Source: Felis catus (Eukaryota). From it: DNA of 64,000 nt. The stretch lies in NCBI RefSeq assembly GCF_018350175.1, contig NC_058383.1:26104001-26168000 (forward strand), in the 5' to 3' direction. The notes below the pieces were generated by a model, which worked only from the letters and a program-made list of their open reading frames with translations, was not told where the DNA came from and did no database searches. The translations under genes and the position numbers were made by a program. Positions 1-11,280 of the stretch are shown here, piece after piece. The stretch's first letter is position 1. Each line of letters begins with the position of its first letter.

Positions 1-191
1 GATCTCATGATTCGTGAGATCAAGTCCCATGTTGGGCTCTGTGCTGACAGCATGGAGACTGCTTAGGATTCTTTCTCCATCTCTCTCTCTGCCCCTCCCC
101 TGCTTGCACTATCTCTATCTCTCTCAAAATAAGTAAATAAACATTTTTTTAAAAAACAGATTTCTTCCTTCTTTAGAAATATCTGAGGATC

Positions 192-667
192 GGGGCGCCT
201 GGGAGGCTCAGTCAGTTGAGTATGTGACTTCAGCTCAGGTCATGATCTCATGGTTCGTTAGTTTGAGGCCCGCATCGGGCTCTGTGCTGACAGCTCACAG
301 CCTGGAGCCTGCTTCAGATGGTGCCTCCCTCTCTCTCAGCCCCTCCTCCACTTGTGCTGTCTCTGTCTCTGTCTCTCAAAAACAAACATTAAAAATTTTT
401 TTAAAAGAAAAATCAATAATTATAAAAAAAAAAAAGAGGGGCGCCTGGGTGGCGCAGTCGGTTGGGCGTCCGACTTCAGCCAGGTCACGATCTCGCGGTC
501 CGTGAGTTCAAGCCCCGCGTCAGGCTCTGGGCTGATGGCTCAGAGTCTGGAGCCTGTTTCCGATTCTGTGTCTCCCTCTCTCTCTGCCCCTCCCCCGTTC
601 ATGCTCTGTCTCTCTCTGTCCCAAAAATAAATAAATGTTGAAAAAAAAAATTAAAAAAAAAAAAAAA
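192..667 (+). mobile_element. Nested CAN-SINEs: young felid SINE (438-667) in the A-tail of an older SINE
   Basis: Two GGGGCGCCTGGG heads; outer TSD agaaa(t/c)atctgaggat at 175-190 and 668-683. Confidence 0.92.
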
Positions 668-985
668 AGAAACATCTGAGGATTTAGCCATACTGAGCCT
701 GCATTCCTGCATAACCCCAATGGGCCAAATCTGAACATCAGTCACCTCATGTAGGCACAGGGTGTACACACCCCCATTTTTCATAACCCCTAACCAGCCT
801 GCTTTGACAAGTGATGATACTGCTGGTCTTCTCTAGACCCTTAGTGTTCAACCTTTGTATGGTGGGTGTTTGAAGGCAAGGGAGGGAGAAACCAATTCTT
901 CTCTTCCTGGAACTCTTTAATGACTGCTCCCTTAAGTCCACTGATTTCTTATCAGGACATGATCTTCATCTCAACAAATGCTTAC

Positions 986-1152
986 CACAGCCACTGCCAG
1001 GAGCCCCGGGCACAGAGTCATATGGATTTGCCGTCTCCATGGATTTCATTGCAATGCTTTCAGGGTAATCATTCTTTCTCCCAAGGATGCCCGAGGGGCT
1101 ATCACCCCTACGACGAAATGAGGGCTGGATTGAAGATGTTCTGCTGAACACC
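986..1152 (-). CDS. TMC5: TMC5 second coding exon (167 bp)
   Basis: Acceptor gatttcag|G at 1153/1152 completes GA+G (Glu) in frame with the previous exon. Encodes VFSRTSSIQPSFRRRGDSPSG...PGAPGSGC, matching recalled TMC5. Donor G|gtaagc at 986/985 (phase 1). Confidence 0.95.
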
Positions 1153-1642
1153 CTGAAATCCCAAAATGATGGATCAATATTCATCTAGTAGCATAGTAAG
1201 GATAGTCCTCCATTCATCATCCGTCCACCCATTCATTCATTCCACAAATGCTTACTGAATGCCAACCATGTGTTAGGCATGGTCTAGGGGGTGCGAACAC
1301 AAAGATAAAAACATGGGCTGTCTACCCTCAAGGAACTCTCAATCCAATCTGGTAGAGCTTCTTAGATACAGCTAAGCAATTATAATACAAGTAGTAACTG
1401 GTGAGTACCAGAAGACAGGCCCAGGGAGTTCAGAGGAAAGAGAAAAGAACTCTGGCTGGCAGTTCGGAGGGATATCTACAAGGAAAGAAACATCCCAGGT
1501 AGGACTAGAAGGATAAATTCATACATAAAGAGTTAGAAGGAGGGAATTCCAAGGATGAAGAACAGCATAGATAAAAGTGGGAGACGATAAACAAAAGTGT
1601 TGAATATATATAGGGAACAATACAAAAATTCATTAATCTGGA

Positions 1643-1799
1643 GCAATGTTCTCAATGTTATGCACATGCCACTTCCCAGGCCCCAGCCCAAACAATGACA
1701 TCAGAAGGTCTGAAGGTTGGACCCAGGCATCTGTATTATTTTTAAAGTTCCCCAGGTAATAGGGTGATTCTAAGGTTCAGTCCAGGTCAAGAACCACTG
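1643..1799. mobile_element. MER5A-like hAT element
   Basis: cccaggccccagccc, ggacccaggcatctgtatt, gaaccactg terminus. Confidence 0.68.
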
Positions 1800-3383
1800 T
1801 ACTAGAGGTAGGGAGGGGTTAGGGGAGGTGGGGAGATGGGAGGAAGTCAGTCAGGCAGGTCTTTGGCTGGCACATTAGACCAGTGCATCCTCCTTCTTAA
1901 AAGTTTGCATAAGCAAAGCAATGTGGCCTTTCTCCCAAAGCTTATGGAGAACATGGAAGAGCAGAAACAAAGGAGTCAAAGTATCAGAGGTATATTTTGG
2001 AATGATGAATCAGGCAGTGGCGGGGATAAGACCAAGGAGGCCATTTTGAGTTTTGTTTTTTAAATGTTTTATTTATCTGTGAGTGAGACAGCATGAGCGG
2101 GGGAGGGGCAGAGAGAGGGGGACAGAGATCGGAAGCTGGCTCTGCGCTAACACCAGTGAGCTGGATGTGGGGCGCAAATTACTTCACTAGTCGAGAGATC
2201 ATGACCCGAGCTGAAGTCGGAAGCTCAACCGACTGAGCCTCCCAGGTGCTACCAAGAAGCCCCTTTTGATCTGGTTCTATTAATCGTCCTATTTACATCT
2301 TGAAGACATCGTGACCCTGCTGAGCACCCAAGTCTTATATCCTTATTCCTCAAGATAAATACAAGCATTAGTTTTTGCTGTATTTATAAACATTACTAGT
2401 AGAACTAGTACATGCCAAATTAGACTCCTAAGGGTTAAATCTTCACAGGGTAAAAATTTGTATAGAGTAAAAATAACCTGACTATACAATCACATCTTGT
2501 TGGCAACAGGAACTTAACCCAGAAAAAAAAAGTCAGATTTGGTAGAATAAGTCATCCAAACTAACACTGTCAATGTCCAGAGCTGTACCTAATAAAATTT
2601 GTCAATGACCAAAAATTGCTAGAAGATTAAAATGATTTTTGACAAAATTTAAATCTACAGAACCTGAGCCAGGAAAAATGGGACTTAGTGTTTTAGAACG
2701 AGCTTAAAGAAATACCAACAACGGGGAGAAACTATGATTGATAAAATCTGATGAAAACAACACCAATGCAGAAGATCAATATGCCAAATCTGCCATAAAC
2801 ATAAAAAATGATCAAACAATAATTTGAGTAAAATAAAAATGAAAGTAGAAAAAAATCAGGAGTGGCCGAACCAACTTGAATTTAAAAAAAACAAAACAAA
2901 ACACAATTGAGGAAGTAAATTGGCTTTGTGGAGTTAGATCTTCAAAAGATTTTCTTGGTTAAAATGCATTCCTATGCATATAATTCTGGTTAAAATGTTT
3001 GGGTTCATAACTATCAAGTCTTAACCCTAACTTTATTGGCAAAGTAGCAGAGTCAAAACAGTGAGAATCTAAATATCCTGTAGGGATTAGATGGGAAGAG
3101 GGAGAAGACTGGAGAGGGTGTTATCCAAGCAAGAGGTGATGAAAGATTATGTTCAGGTGAGGGGTTGAAACCTCAGGCTGAAAGTCCATGCCCTGGTGAA
3201 AGCCCACGGCCCTGGTGAAAGTTCATGGCCCTATCTACAGACAGATATGAAAATTTCACCACAACTTCTGGTCAAAGAAACCATCTTAATTGTCCCTAAC
3301 CCAAACAATAGCAACCAGGTTCCATTGGCCTAATGGTCTAGCATGCAGCTCCGACCCCAATGGAGGGAGATGCTTATACTTAC

Positions 3384-4285
3384 TCTCTAGTTGTTTCTGA
3401 AGTCTCAGAAGAGCCATAATCATGACCATCCTCAGCAGCTGGGTAATCAGGCTTCCCCCAAAAGTTTGGAGAGTTCTTCTGATAATCCTCAGTCCTGGGA
3501 TAGTCTGGTTCCCCAAAAAAGTTTGGAGAATTAGGTTGATTCTCAGCACCTGGATAATCAGGCTCTCCTAGAGTGTCTATGTATGGATTGATTCTGGAAC
3601 CAGCAAATTCTGGATTCCTTCTAGAGCCTGGATGGTTGGACGTGGCTCTGGAGCCAGGGTAGTCAGAGTTTCCCTGAGCTCCAGGGTAGTCTGGTTCTCC
3701 CAAAGAGTCCAGATAATCAGGATTTGTTCTGGAGCCTGCATAGTTTCTACTGCTTCTGGAACCTGCAAAGTCAGAATTTTGTTGGGATTTAGAGTAGTCT
3801 GGCTCTCTGAATGAGACTGGATGGTATGGTTCACTCAAAGATCCAATGTAATCTGGCTCTGCCAGAAATTTGGGATAGTCTGAACTTCTTCTGGAGCCTG
3901 CAGAGTATGGATTGTTCTGGGTGCCAGGGTAGCCTGGATTACTCTGAGATCCAGGATAATCTGGCTCTGCCAGAGACCCAGGATACTCTGAACTTCGTCT
4001 GGAACCAGTAGAGAATGGAGTGCTTCTGGTGCCAGGCTGATCTGGATTACTCCAAGATCTAGGATAATCTGGGTCTGCTAGAGACCTGGGATAGTCTGAA
4101 GTTGTTCTGGAGTCTTCAGAGTATGGGTTGTTCCTGATGCCAGGGTAGTCTGAGTTGTTCAGAACACCTGGAGAATCTGGAGAATCCCGAGTTTTCAAAT
4201 CCCCCCATGTCCAGTTCTGAGATCCTGAATATTCAGGGTAATCTGGATCTTCCTCATAGCCATAGTTCCTGTAGTAGGCAGACAT
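3384..4285 (-). CDS. TMC5: TMC5 first coding exon (Pro/Asp/Tyr/Gly/Ser-rich repetitive cytoplasmic N-terminus); exon including 82-nt UTR spans 4367-3384
   Basis: ORF MSAYYRNYGYEEDPDYPEYSGSQN...HDYGSSETSETTRE matches the recalled TMC5 N-terminus. Acceptor ttgtttttcag|GTG at 4368/4367; donor GA|gtaagt at 3384/3383 (phase 2). Confidence 0.96.
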
Positions 4286-4300
4286 GCTGGTAAAGCTTCT

Positions 4301-4330
4301 TTACCGTGGAATGTTAAAATGTTCCTGCAT
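4301..4330 (-). promoter_or_regulatory. 9-codon upstream ORF (MQEHFNIPR*) in the TMC5 5'UTR
   Basis: ATG at 4330 and TAA at 4303-4301; same frame as the main ORF, ending 15 nt before the main ATG. Confidence 0.6.
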
Positions 4331-4434
4331 TTGTAGTTACTCAGGGATCTTTTTTTTTTTTTTTCACCTGAAAAACAAGCAAAAAAAAAGAAGGTCAGAT
4401 TTTTTTTTTTCTTCCCTGTAGAGATTGCTGGTTA

Positions 4435-6540
4435 TCTTCCATTATTATCTATTCTCCTTTCTTTCATGGTTGGGTACACAGCTGCCCAGAATCAGAACTA
4501 TGTATCCCAGCCTCCTGTGCCCCAAGATGTGACCATGACAGTGGCCAGTGGGATGTGAACAGAAGCAATATATATAACTCCCAGGGTTGTGCTGTTTAAG
4601 GCAAGGGGCACTCCTCCCTTTGTCAGTCTTCTTACCTCCCATAGGCTGGAAGGTGGAAATGATGGTGTGCCATCTTGGGCCATGTACACGAAGATGGCAC
4701 CCACCCCAGGCATAGCAGCACGAAAGATGGAAGAAGCCTGGGTTGCTGATGACATCACAGATTAGTGCCAGCATATCAGCGAGGGCTTTTATATAAAAGA
4801 AATAAGCCTTTGTCTCCTGTAAACCATGGTTTTTTGGGGGGGTCTCTGACACATGTGGCCAAACTTCCATCCTAACCACTATATTCCCTTGGTTGTGGGG
4901 GGGGAGCAGAACAATAAACCAAAAGACTGGAAGAAACAAGGACCTTGTGAACATTTCGATTGCACTTGTGGTTGTAGGGTTTAAAGCATAAATTAGTATT
5001 AGTGCACAAGAGAAGAACACTTAATGGTAACTAGAGGACTTGGGTAGGAAGACAATTGCTACCATCCCTTCCAGTTTGAAACTGTGTTTTTGTGAGTTCT
5101 CTGAGCTCTAATCTATAGACAGGGTATACTTTCAAATCAGAAATAATGGGATTTTAATTTCTGAGTGTGCCGGATATCTGTTGTGTTTACTTGCCTATTA
5201 CTCCTTTTCCCTTCTTTTGGCACCAATGCCCTGGTTTTCATCTGGGCACCTGCCCCTCCCCATTCCTGACTCCAAGGACGGTCACACGACCTAGGCTTAG
5301 CCAATCAGGAATGGGTATATAACCCAGGATTTGGTTCAGGAATGGGTATATAACCCAGATCCGTCCTCCAGGAGCTTGACTGGACTAACTGGGAAAGATG
5401 ACCTCTTATTTCACTAAGTTGCCAAGGTGATGGAATGTAAGCCCAGAACCAATGGTGTCGTGTCTATAGGAACAGAGAAGAAAATAAGTACAGGAGAAAG
5501 TTTAAAGGAAAAATCAGTAGGATTTGTGGACTAACCAGATACGGGAATGGTGAAGGGTAAGGAAATGAAAAGACAAAAACAGCTCCACGGTTTCAAGCCA
5601 CCGTCATTAGATAAGTAGTGATGTCTTTGAAAGAAGGAAGTAAGACCATTTTTAAAGTTCAGCCAATGTTTACAAGTTTATCTCTATACAAACGAAAAAG
5701 GTTAGACTCTGTTGAGTAATCAGAGCTGAAGAATTAATCTTCTGCCATTACCTGTAGTCTTAGAATATGCACTCACCAACTCAATTCCATATCCCTCAGC
5801 ATAGTGGAAGTCAGTTATTCATTATTTTGTCCCTGCCTAGCACCCATTTCTCTCTTTTATGATAACATTTTCCCTTGAGTAATACCTCTTCCCCCTCTTA
5901 GTCCATGTGGGCCAGGTGTGGACTTATGACCCAGTCAGAATTCTCTTCTTTCTGGCCACAGACATTGGGTCAGGGAACATAATCCCATCAAAGTCAATGA
6001 GATTCAATTCTGGGAGTTTTGTCAGAAATGCTGGGAAGAGAGAGGCTCTCTATTTTGGCTGGATATGGAGTTAGGAAGCTATAAGACTGAGGCTGCCAGG
6101 GGTCATCAGTGGAGGAGGCCTGTCTGAGAGTGATGTCGACAGGGAAGAGTGAAGAGCCAAGAGATAAACAAAAGAAAGATCAAATGTGGATGACAGTGTT
6201 TCAGCACCTGAATCCAGCCATGCCTGCTTCATAGTGGGTACTTGAATAATTACATTCCCTTTATTTTTTTTTTTTAGTTTATTTATTTTGAGAGAGAGCA
6301 CGTGCACGTGCACAAGCAGGGGAGGGGCAGAGAGGGAGAGAGAGAATCCCAAGCAGGCTCCGTGCTATCAGAGCAGAGCCCAAGGCTAGGCTCAAACTCA
6401 CAAACTGTGAGATCATGATGTGAGCTGAAATCAAGGGTGAGATGCTTAACCGACTGAGCCACCCCGGTGCCCCTCATTACATTCCCTTTAGACTTAACTT
6501 AGTCTAAGTTGGGTTTCTGTAATTTGCAAATGAAAGAGAA
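4435..6540. mobile_element. Series of degraded MLT1-like MaLR LTR fragments (about 4435-4975, 5170-5460, 5810-6540) with a SINE at 6262-6472
   Basis: acagctgcccagaat...actat, ttagccaatcag, aagttgggtttctgtaatttgcaa motifs. Confidence 0.55.
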
Positions 6541-6799
6541 AAGTTTTGACTAATATGTCTAGTTTTGCAAACAGAAACATCTACACTTGTGAGGGCAATT
6601 AAAACTAAACGCTATATGATAATGCAAATTATTTCTCATAACATGGAAAATGAACCCATTCATTTGCTTATATGTAAGAGCACGAGGAAATATATTTATG
6701 ATCTAGGATTTCCACAGCCTACCAAAACCCCAGCTCTTACATCTAACAAGGTAACTGATGCCTTCTAAATTCTAGAAAATGAAAACTGATACAATGCCA

Positions 6800-7280
6800 C
6801 CTGAAGAGAAATGAGTGTGTCCGCCAAAAGTCAGAGTGCTCACAGCGGCTTCTTGTCCATAAATGCCAGAAATCGAAACAACCAAACATCATTCAACAGC
6901 AAGAGAAGTCAATAAACTGGAGCATATTCATACAATGAAATATGACACAGAAGTAACAGGACTGAACTTCTCTACTACAAAGACATAGTTGTAGCTCACA
7001 AACATAAGGATGACTAGAAGGCTCAAACACAAAAAAAGGACAGACTGCGTGACACTTATCCAAAGCCCAGGAACAGGCAAACTAGTAAATGATGACAGAA
7101 GTCAGAATACTGATTACCCTGGGGAAGGGAGGAGATGGGAAATGACATGAGGGGGCCTCTGGGCGCTGGAATGTTCCATATGTTGATCTGGGTGATGGTT
7201 ACATGTGTGTGATGGTGTGATGTGTGTGTGTGTGTGTGTATGTGTGTGAAAATTCATCAAAGACACTTAAGAATTGTGCA
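6800..7280 (+). mobile_element. Old LINE-1 (L1ME-like) 3' fragment
   Basis: aataaactgg...atattcatacaatgaaata, gacagaagtcagaata, ttgatctgggtgatggttaca. Confidence 0.7.
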
Positions 7281-7286
7281 CATCTT

Positions 7287-7502
7287 GGGGCCCTGGGTGG
7301 CTCAGTCGGTTAAGTGTCCAACTCTGGATTTCAGCTCAGGTCACGATGTCACGGTTTGTGAGTTTGAGCCCCGTGTCCGGCTCCAGGCCAATAGTGTGAA
7401 ACCTGCTTGGGATTCTCTCTCTCTTTCTCTCTCTGCCCCTCCCCCACTCATGCTTGCACTCTCTCTCAAAATAAGTAAATAAATAAATAAACATTAAAAA
7501 AA
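7287..7502 (+). mobile_element. CAN-SINE
   Basis: tRNA-like head, (CT)n body, A-tail; TSD-like a(a/g)gaa(t/c)tgtgc(a/g)catct flanks. Confidence 0.9.
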
Positions 7503-7545
7503 GGAACTGTGCGCATCTCTGTAAATGTATTTGTCCTTAATTTTA

Positions 7546-7771
7546 TTTTTTTAAAAAAAATTTTTTTTCAACGTTTATTTATTTTTGGGACAGAGTGAGA
7601 CAGAGCATGAACGGGGGAGGGGCAGAGAGAGAGGGAGACACAGAATCGGAAACAGGCTCCAGGCTCTGAGCCATCAGCCCAGAGCCTGACGCGGGGCTCG
7701 AACTCACGGACCGCGAGATCGTGACCTGGCTGAAGTCGGACGCTTAACTGACTGCGCCACCCAGGCGCCCC
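7546..7771 (-). mobile_element. Young felid CAN-SINE
   Basis: Near-consensus with CpGs intact; TSD gtccttaatttta at 7533-7545 and 7773-7785. Confidence 0.95.
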
Positions 7772-9267
7772 AGTCCTTAATTTTAAAAAGGAAAATGAAA
7801 AAAAACCTAAACCAGAAGCCATAACACAAAACCCTCTGTTTTCCCACAGGGTTATAAAGCAGTTGGGGGAAAGGAAAAAAATAAAAAAAAGAATAATATG
7901 GCTCACAAACATTTCCAATTTTCTTATATGTATATACCACAGAAAATCTGAATTAATGAAAATGAAATCTAGGTAAGGACAGAACACACTATCTGGATTG
8001 AACCATCTATCTACGTACTGCTGTAAAATGAAAGTGGTCAGGAACCCAGCCCTTGACATCAGATATAACTGTATTTAGTTGCCATCTGCTGGCTGTGCAG
8101 AATTGGGCAAGCCATTCAACCTCTCTGAGTCTGTATACTCAGCCACCCAATCCTGACAAGAATATCTCATAAGGCTATTATAAAGAATGAACGAGATAAG
8201 TCACATAAAGCCATTGGCATCAAGGAAGCATGCACTGAAAAGAAGCTATTATCTACCATTATTTGTATTTATGTGTAATATAAACCTTGGCAACTTCCAA
8301 CAGAGCGGGGAGTTGGTGGACAATTAAAGTCACATACTCAACCAGGACCTGACTAAAAAAAATAGACCATGTTTTATAACAAAGTACAGGGAGGAGAACT
8401 CTGCGTAATTCCTGGGCTGATATAGTGACTCTAATGAACTAGATTTTGCTGTGAGCTTCTTATTAGCCCAGACTGAAAGGGAATCATGACAGGCTATCTA
8501 ATATTTACTACTTGTGAAAAAGAGGAAGTATACCAGTTTTTCAAGAGGACCACACTTCTCTCCCAGGATGAATTTCTGAAAAGAATGTGTCATAAGAATG
8601 TTTCCAAAGGGATCAGATAACCACATAATAAAGCCAGGGTTCACGGTCACCAGCAAAGAGCTCAGAAGCTCTAGCGAATACATGCTGAGTTGCGGGGGGG
8701 TGGAGGGAGGTCACCGTGAGGCGATCAGTGGCCCCTTGCAGAAAGGCAGCAGTACACAGCTATTTTTAGGCAATAGGTTGTGAACAAAAGTGACTGTGCC
8801 ACTTCCAAGCCAAGGTATTTAATAACCAAAACACAGCTTTCTAGCTCCATTTTTCCTGCAATGGCACTATCATTTCACATGGGGACCCCATTCATCAGCC
8901 TGGGTTCCTGCATGACTACGCAGGGCACCGCCCACGTCCACCAACCCACAATAGCTCTTATGGAAGCTTTTTTTTTTAAGTTTATTTATTTATGAGAGAC
9001 AGAGACAGAGACAGAGACAGAGAGACAGAGCATGAGCAGGCGAGGGGCTGAGAGAGAGGGAGACACAGAATCCAAAGCAGGCTCCTGGCTCTGAGCTGTC
9101 AGCACAGAGCCTGCCGCGGGGCTCAAACCCACAAACTGCGAGATCATGACCTGAGCTGAAGTCAGATGTTTAACCAACTGAGCCACCCAAGCGCCTCCCC
9201 CCACAACGGTTCTTCATGAGCAAGAAATAAATTTTATGAGTTAAACAACATATTATATGTTCATATA

Positions 9268-9333
9268 AGATAGATAGGTAGGTAGGTAGGTAGGTAGGTA
9301 GGTAGGTAGATGATAGGTAGGTAGATACATAGA
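9268..9333. repeat. (TAGG)n/(TAGA)n compound microsatellite
   Basis: Direct reading. Confidence 0.95.
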
Positions 9334-10589
9334 TTTTATATGTGATCAGCCACCAATTAGTTCCAAGTTTGTTGGTACAGTTCTATGTTCCACTAATATC
9401 ACCTGACAAGAGCTTACTTACTCCACATGTTTTTCACAGCCCGGGCACAAATGGTGCTCTAACCACTACCACCTGTACCCAGACAAATTCCTAAACAAAA
9501 GGCTAAGCCCACAGATAAGGACTGGAAAGGAGGTGGTAGGAAGAAATAACCACAAGGAAATAGTCTTGTATTGACTGTCAAATGAAGTGGGAGTTAATCT
9601 TCTGAGAACCTTACTTATGGTTTCCTGTTACCTCTTAGAGAAACAACGATCCTGTTCTTTCAAAAGAATAATTTTGCTTTGTGCCTTGGGACAGCACTAA
9701 AATACTTTTCCCCCCTCCAAATTGTATTGCTCTCCTAACTTTCCAATAAAGGCTATTGAACTATCTGTTCTGAGTCCTCCTTTTGACATCCCATTGACAT
9801 CCATTTCATCCTTGACATCATCCCATGGGTTTTCCCACTTTACTGTTCCAACGGTTTTCAATCACATCCCCGAGCAAAGCAGATGCCTTCTAAATCTGTT
9901 AGGCACTGGACTCCCTGTTTGATCTCGCAAGGCTCCTGGTTTGAACGGGAGCCCGTAACAATCCTGCATTTGTCATTCAGCTAGTCCACAAATGTTGGGG
10001 GATGAATTACATCCTACAGTCTTGATGAGGTCTCATTCAGGCTGTTTATCTGCATCTCGGCTGCCTCTTGGCCTTTCTACACTTAGGACTCTATAAGCCA
10101 AGGCAAGCCACCCACAAGCTTGGTTCTGCAGCCACCACGTGGCCCTCAAATCATAGGGACATGGAGCCATTAATATTGTCAGGCCAAATTTGGAGTGTGA
10201 TGACAAAAAACTGGAAACAATCCAGAAACCACGAAGAGAGGATGGGCCAAGTCAGTAACAGCGCATCTGCACAATGGAATACCATGGAGCTATAGAAAAG
10301 AATGTTGAATCCAGCCCTGCATCGGGCTCCATGCTGAGTATGGACCCTTCTTGGGAGTCTCTCTCTCTCTCTCTGCCCTCCTGTCCCTCCCCCCCACCTC
10401 TCTCTCTCTCTCAAAATAAGTTAAAAAAAACCCCACAAAACATTAAAAAAACAAACATGGATGGGGCCGCCTGTGTGGCTCAGTTGGTTAAGCGTCGGAC
10501 TCTTGGTTTTGGCTCAGGTCATGATCTCATGGTTCATGGGTTCCAGCCCCATGTTGGGCTCTGCTCTGACAGTGTGCAGCCTGATTGGG

Positions 10590-10629
<40 letters not shown>

Positions 10630-10689
10630 CTGCCCCTGCTCGTTCTCTCTCTCTCTCTCTCTCTCAAAATAAATAAATAAATTTTAAAA

Positions 10690-11197
10690 AATGGATGGGC
10701 CTTAAGGACATCATGCTAAGTAAACCAAGCCAGTCACAAAAAGACAAATATTGTATGTGACTCCAGTTATGAGAGTATCTAGAATAGTCAAACTCACAGA
10801 AACAGAAATAGGCAGCAGAATGGTGGTTGTCAGGGGCTGGGAGGAGAAGGAAAGGGGGGATTATAATTTGCTGTGTTATGGGTATGGAGTTTCAGTCTTG
10901 CAAGATGAAAAGTTCTGGATGGGGTGCACAGCAATGTGAATGCATTTAGCACTACTGACCTGGATACTTTAAAAATGGTTAAGATGATATGGGGCGCCTG
11001 GGTGGCTCAGTCGGTTAAGTGTCTGACTTCAACTCAGGTCATGATCTCACAGTCCGTGGGTTGGAGCCCTGTGCCGGGCTCTGTGCTGATAGCTCAGAGC
11101 CTGGAGCCTGTTTTGGATTCTGTGTCTCCCTCTCCCTCTCTGCCCCTCCCCTGCTCATGCTCTATCTCTCTCACTGTCAAAAATGAATAAAAGTTAA

Positions 11198-11228
<31 letters not shown>

Positions 11229-11280
11229 AGGTTAAGATGATAAATTTAATATTGTATGTATTTTGTCATAATTTAAGAAA
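10690..11280 (+). mobile_element. LINE-1 3' end fragment with inserted SINE (10991-11229)
   Basis: gccagtcacaaaagacaaatattgtatg, caagatgaaaagttctgga, ggttaagatga TSD-like repeat. Confidence 0.82.

Noticed and set aside
438..520. tRNA-like A/B box sequences
   Set aside because: SINE heads followed by (CT)n and A-tails, not tRNA genes.
224..784. Recurrent ORFs like GAWVAQSVKRPTSAQVMIS... here and across the window
   Set aside because: Translations of CAN-SINE sequence, not genes.
3286..4011. Alternative-frame and antisense ORFs overlapping the TMC5 exon
   Set aside because: Shadows of the repetitive coding exon.
3400..4260. Regularly spaced repeats resembling a CRISPR array
   Set aside because: Degenerate in-frame coding repeats of TMC5 in a mammalian genome; no repeat-spacer structure or cas genes.
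4445..5020. 191-aa minus-strand ORF just upstream of the TMC5 coding exon
   Set aside because: Lies in an MLT-like LTR remnant within the intron; non-ATG start and no TMC similarity.
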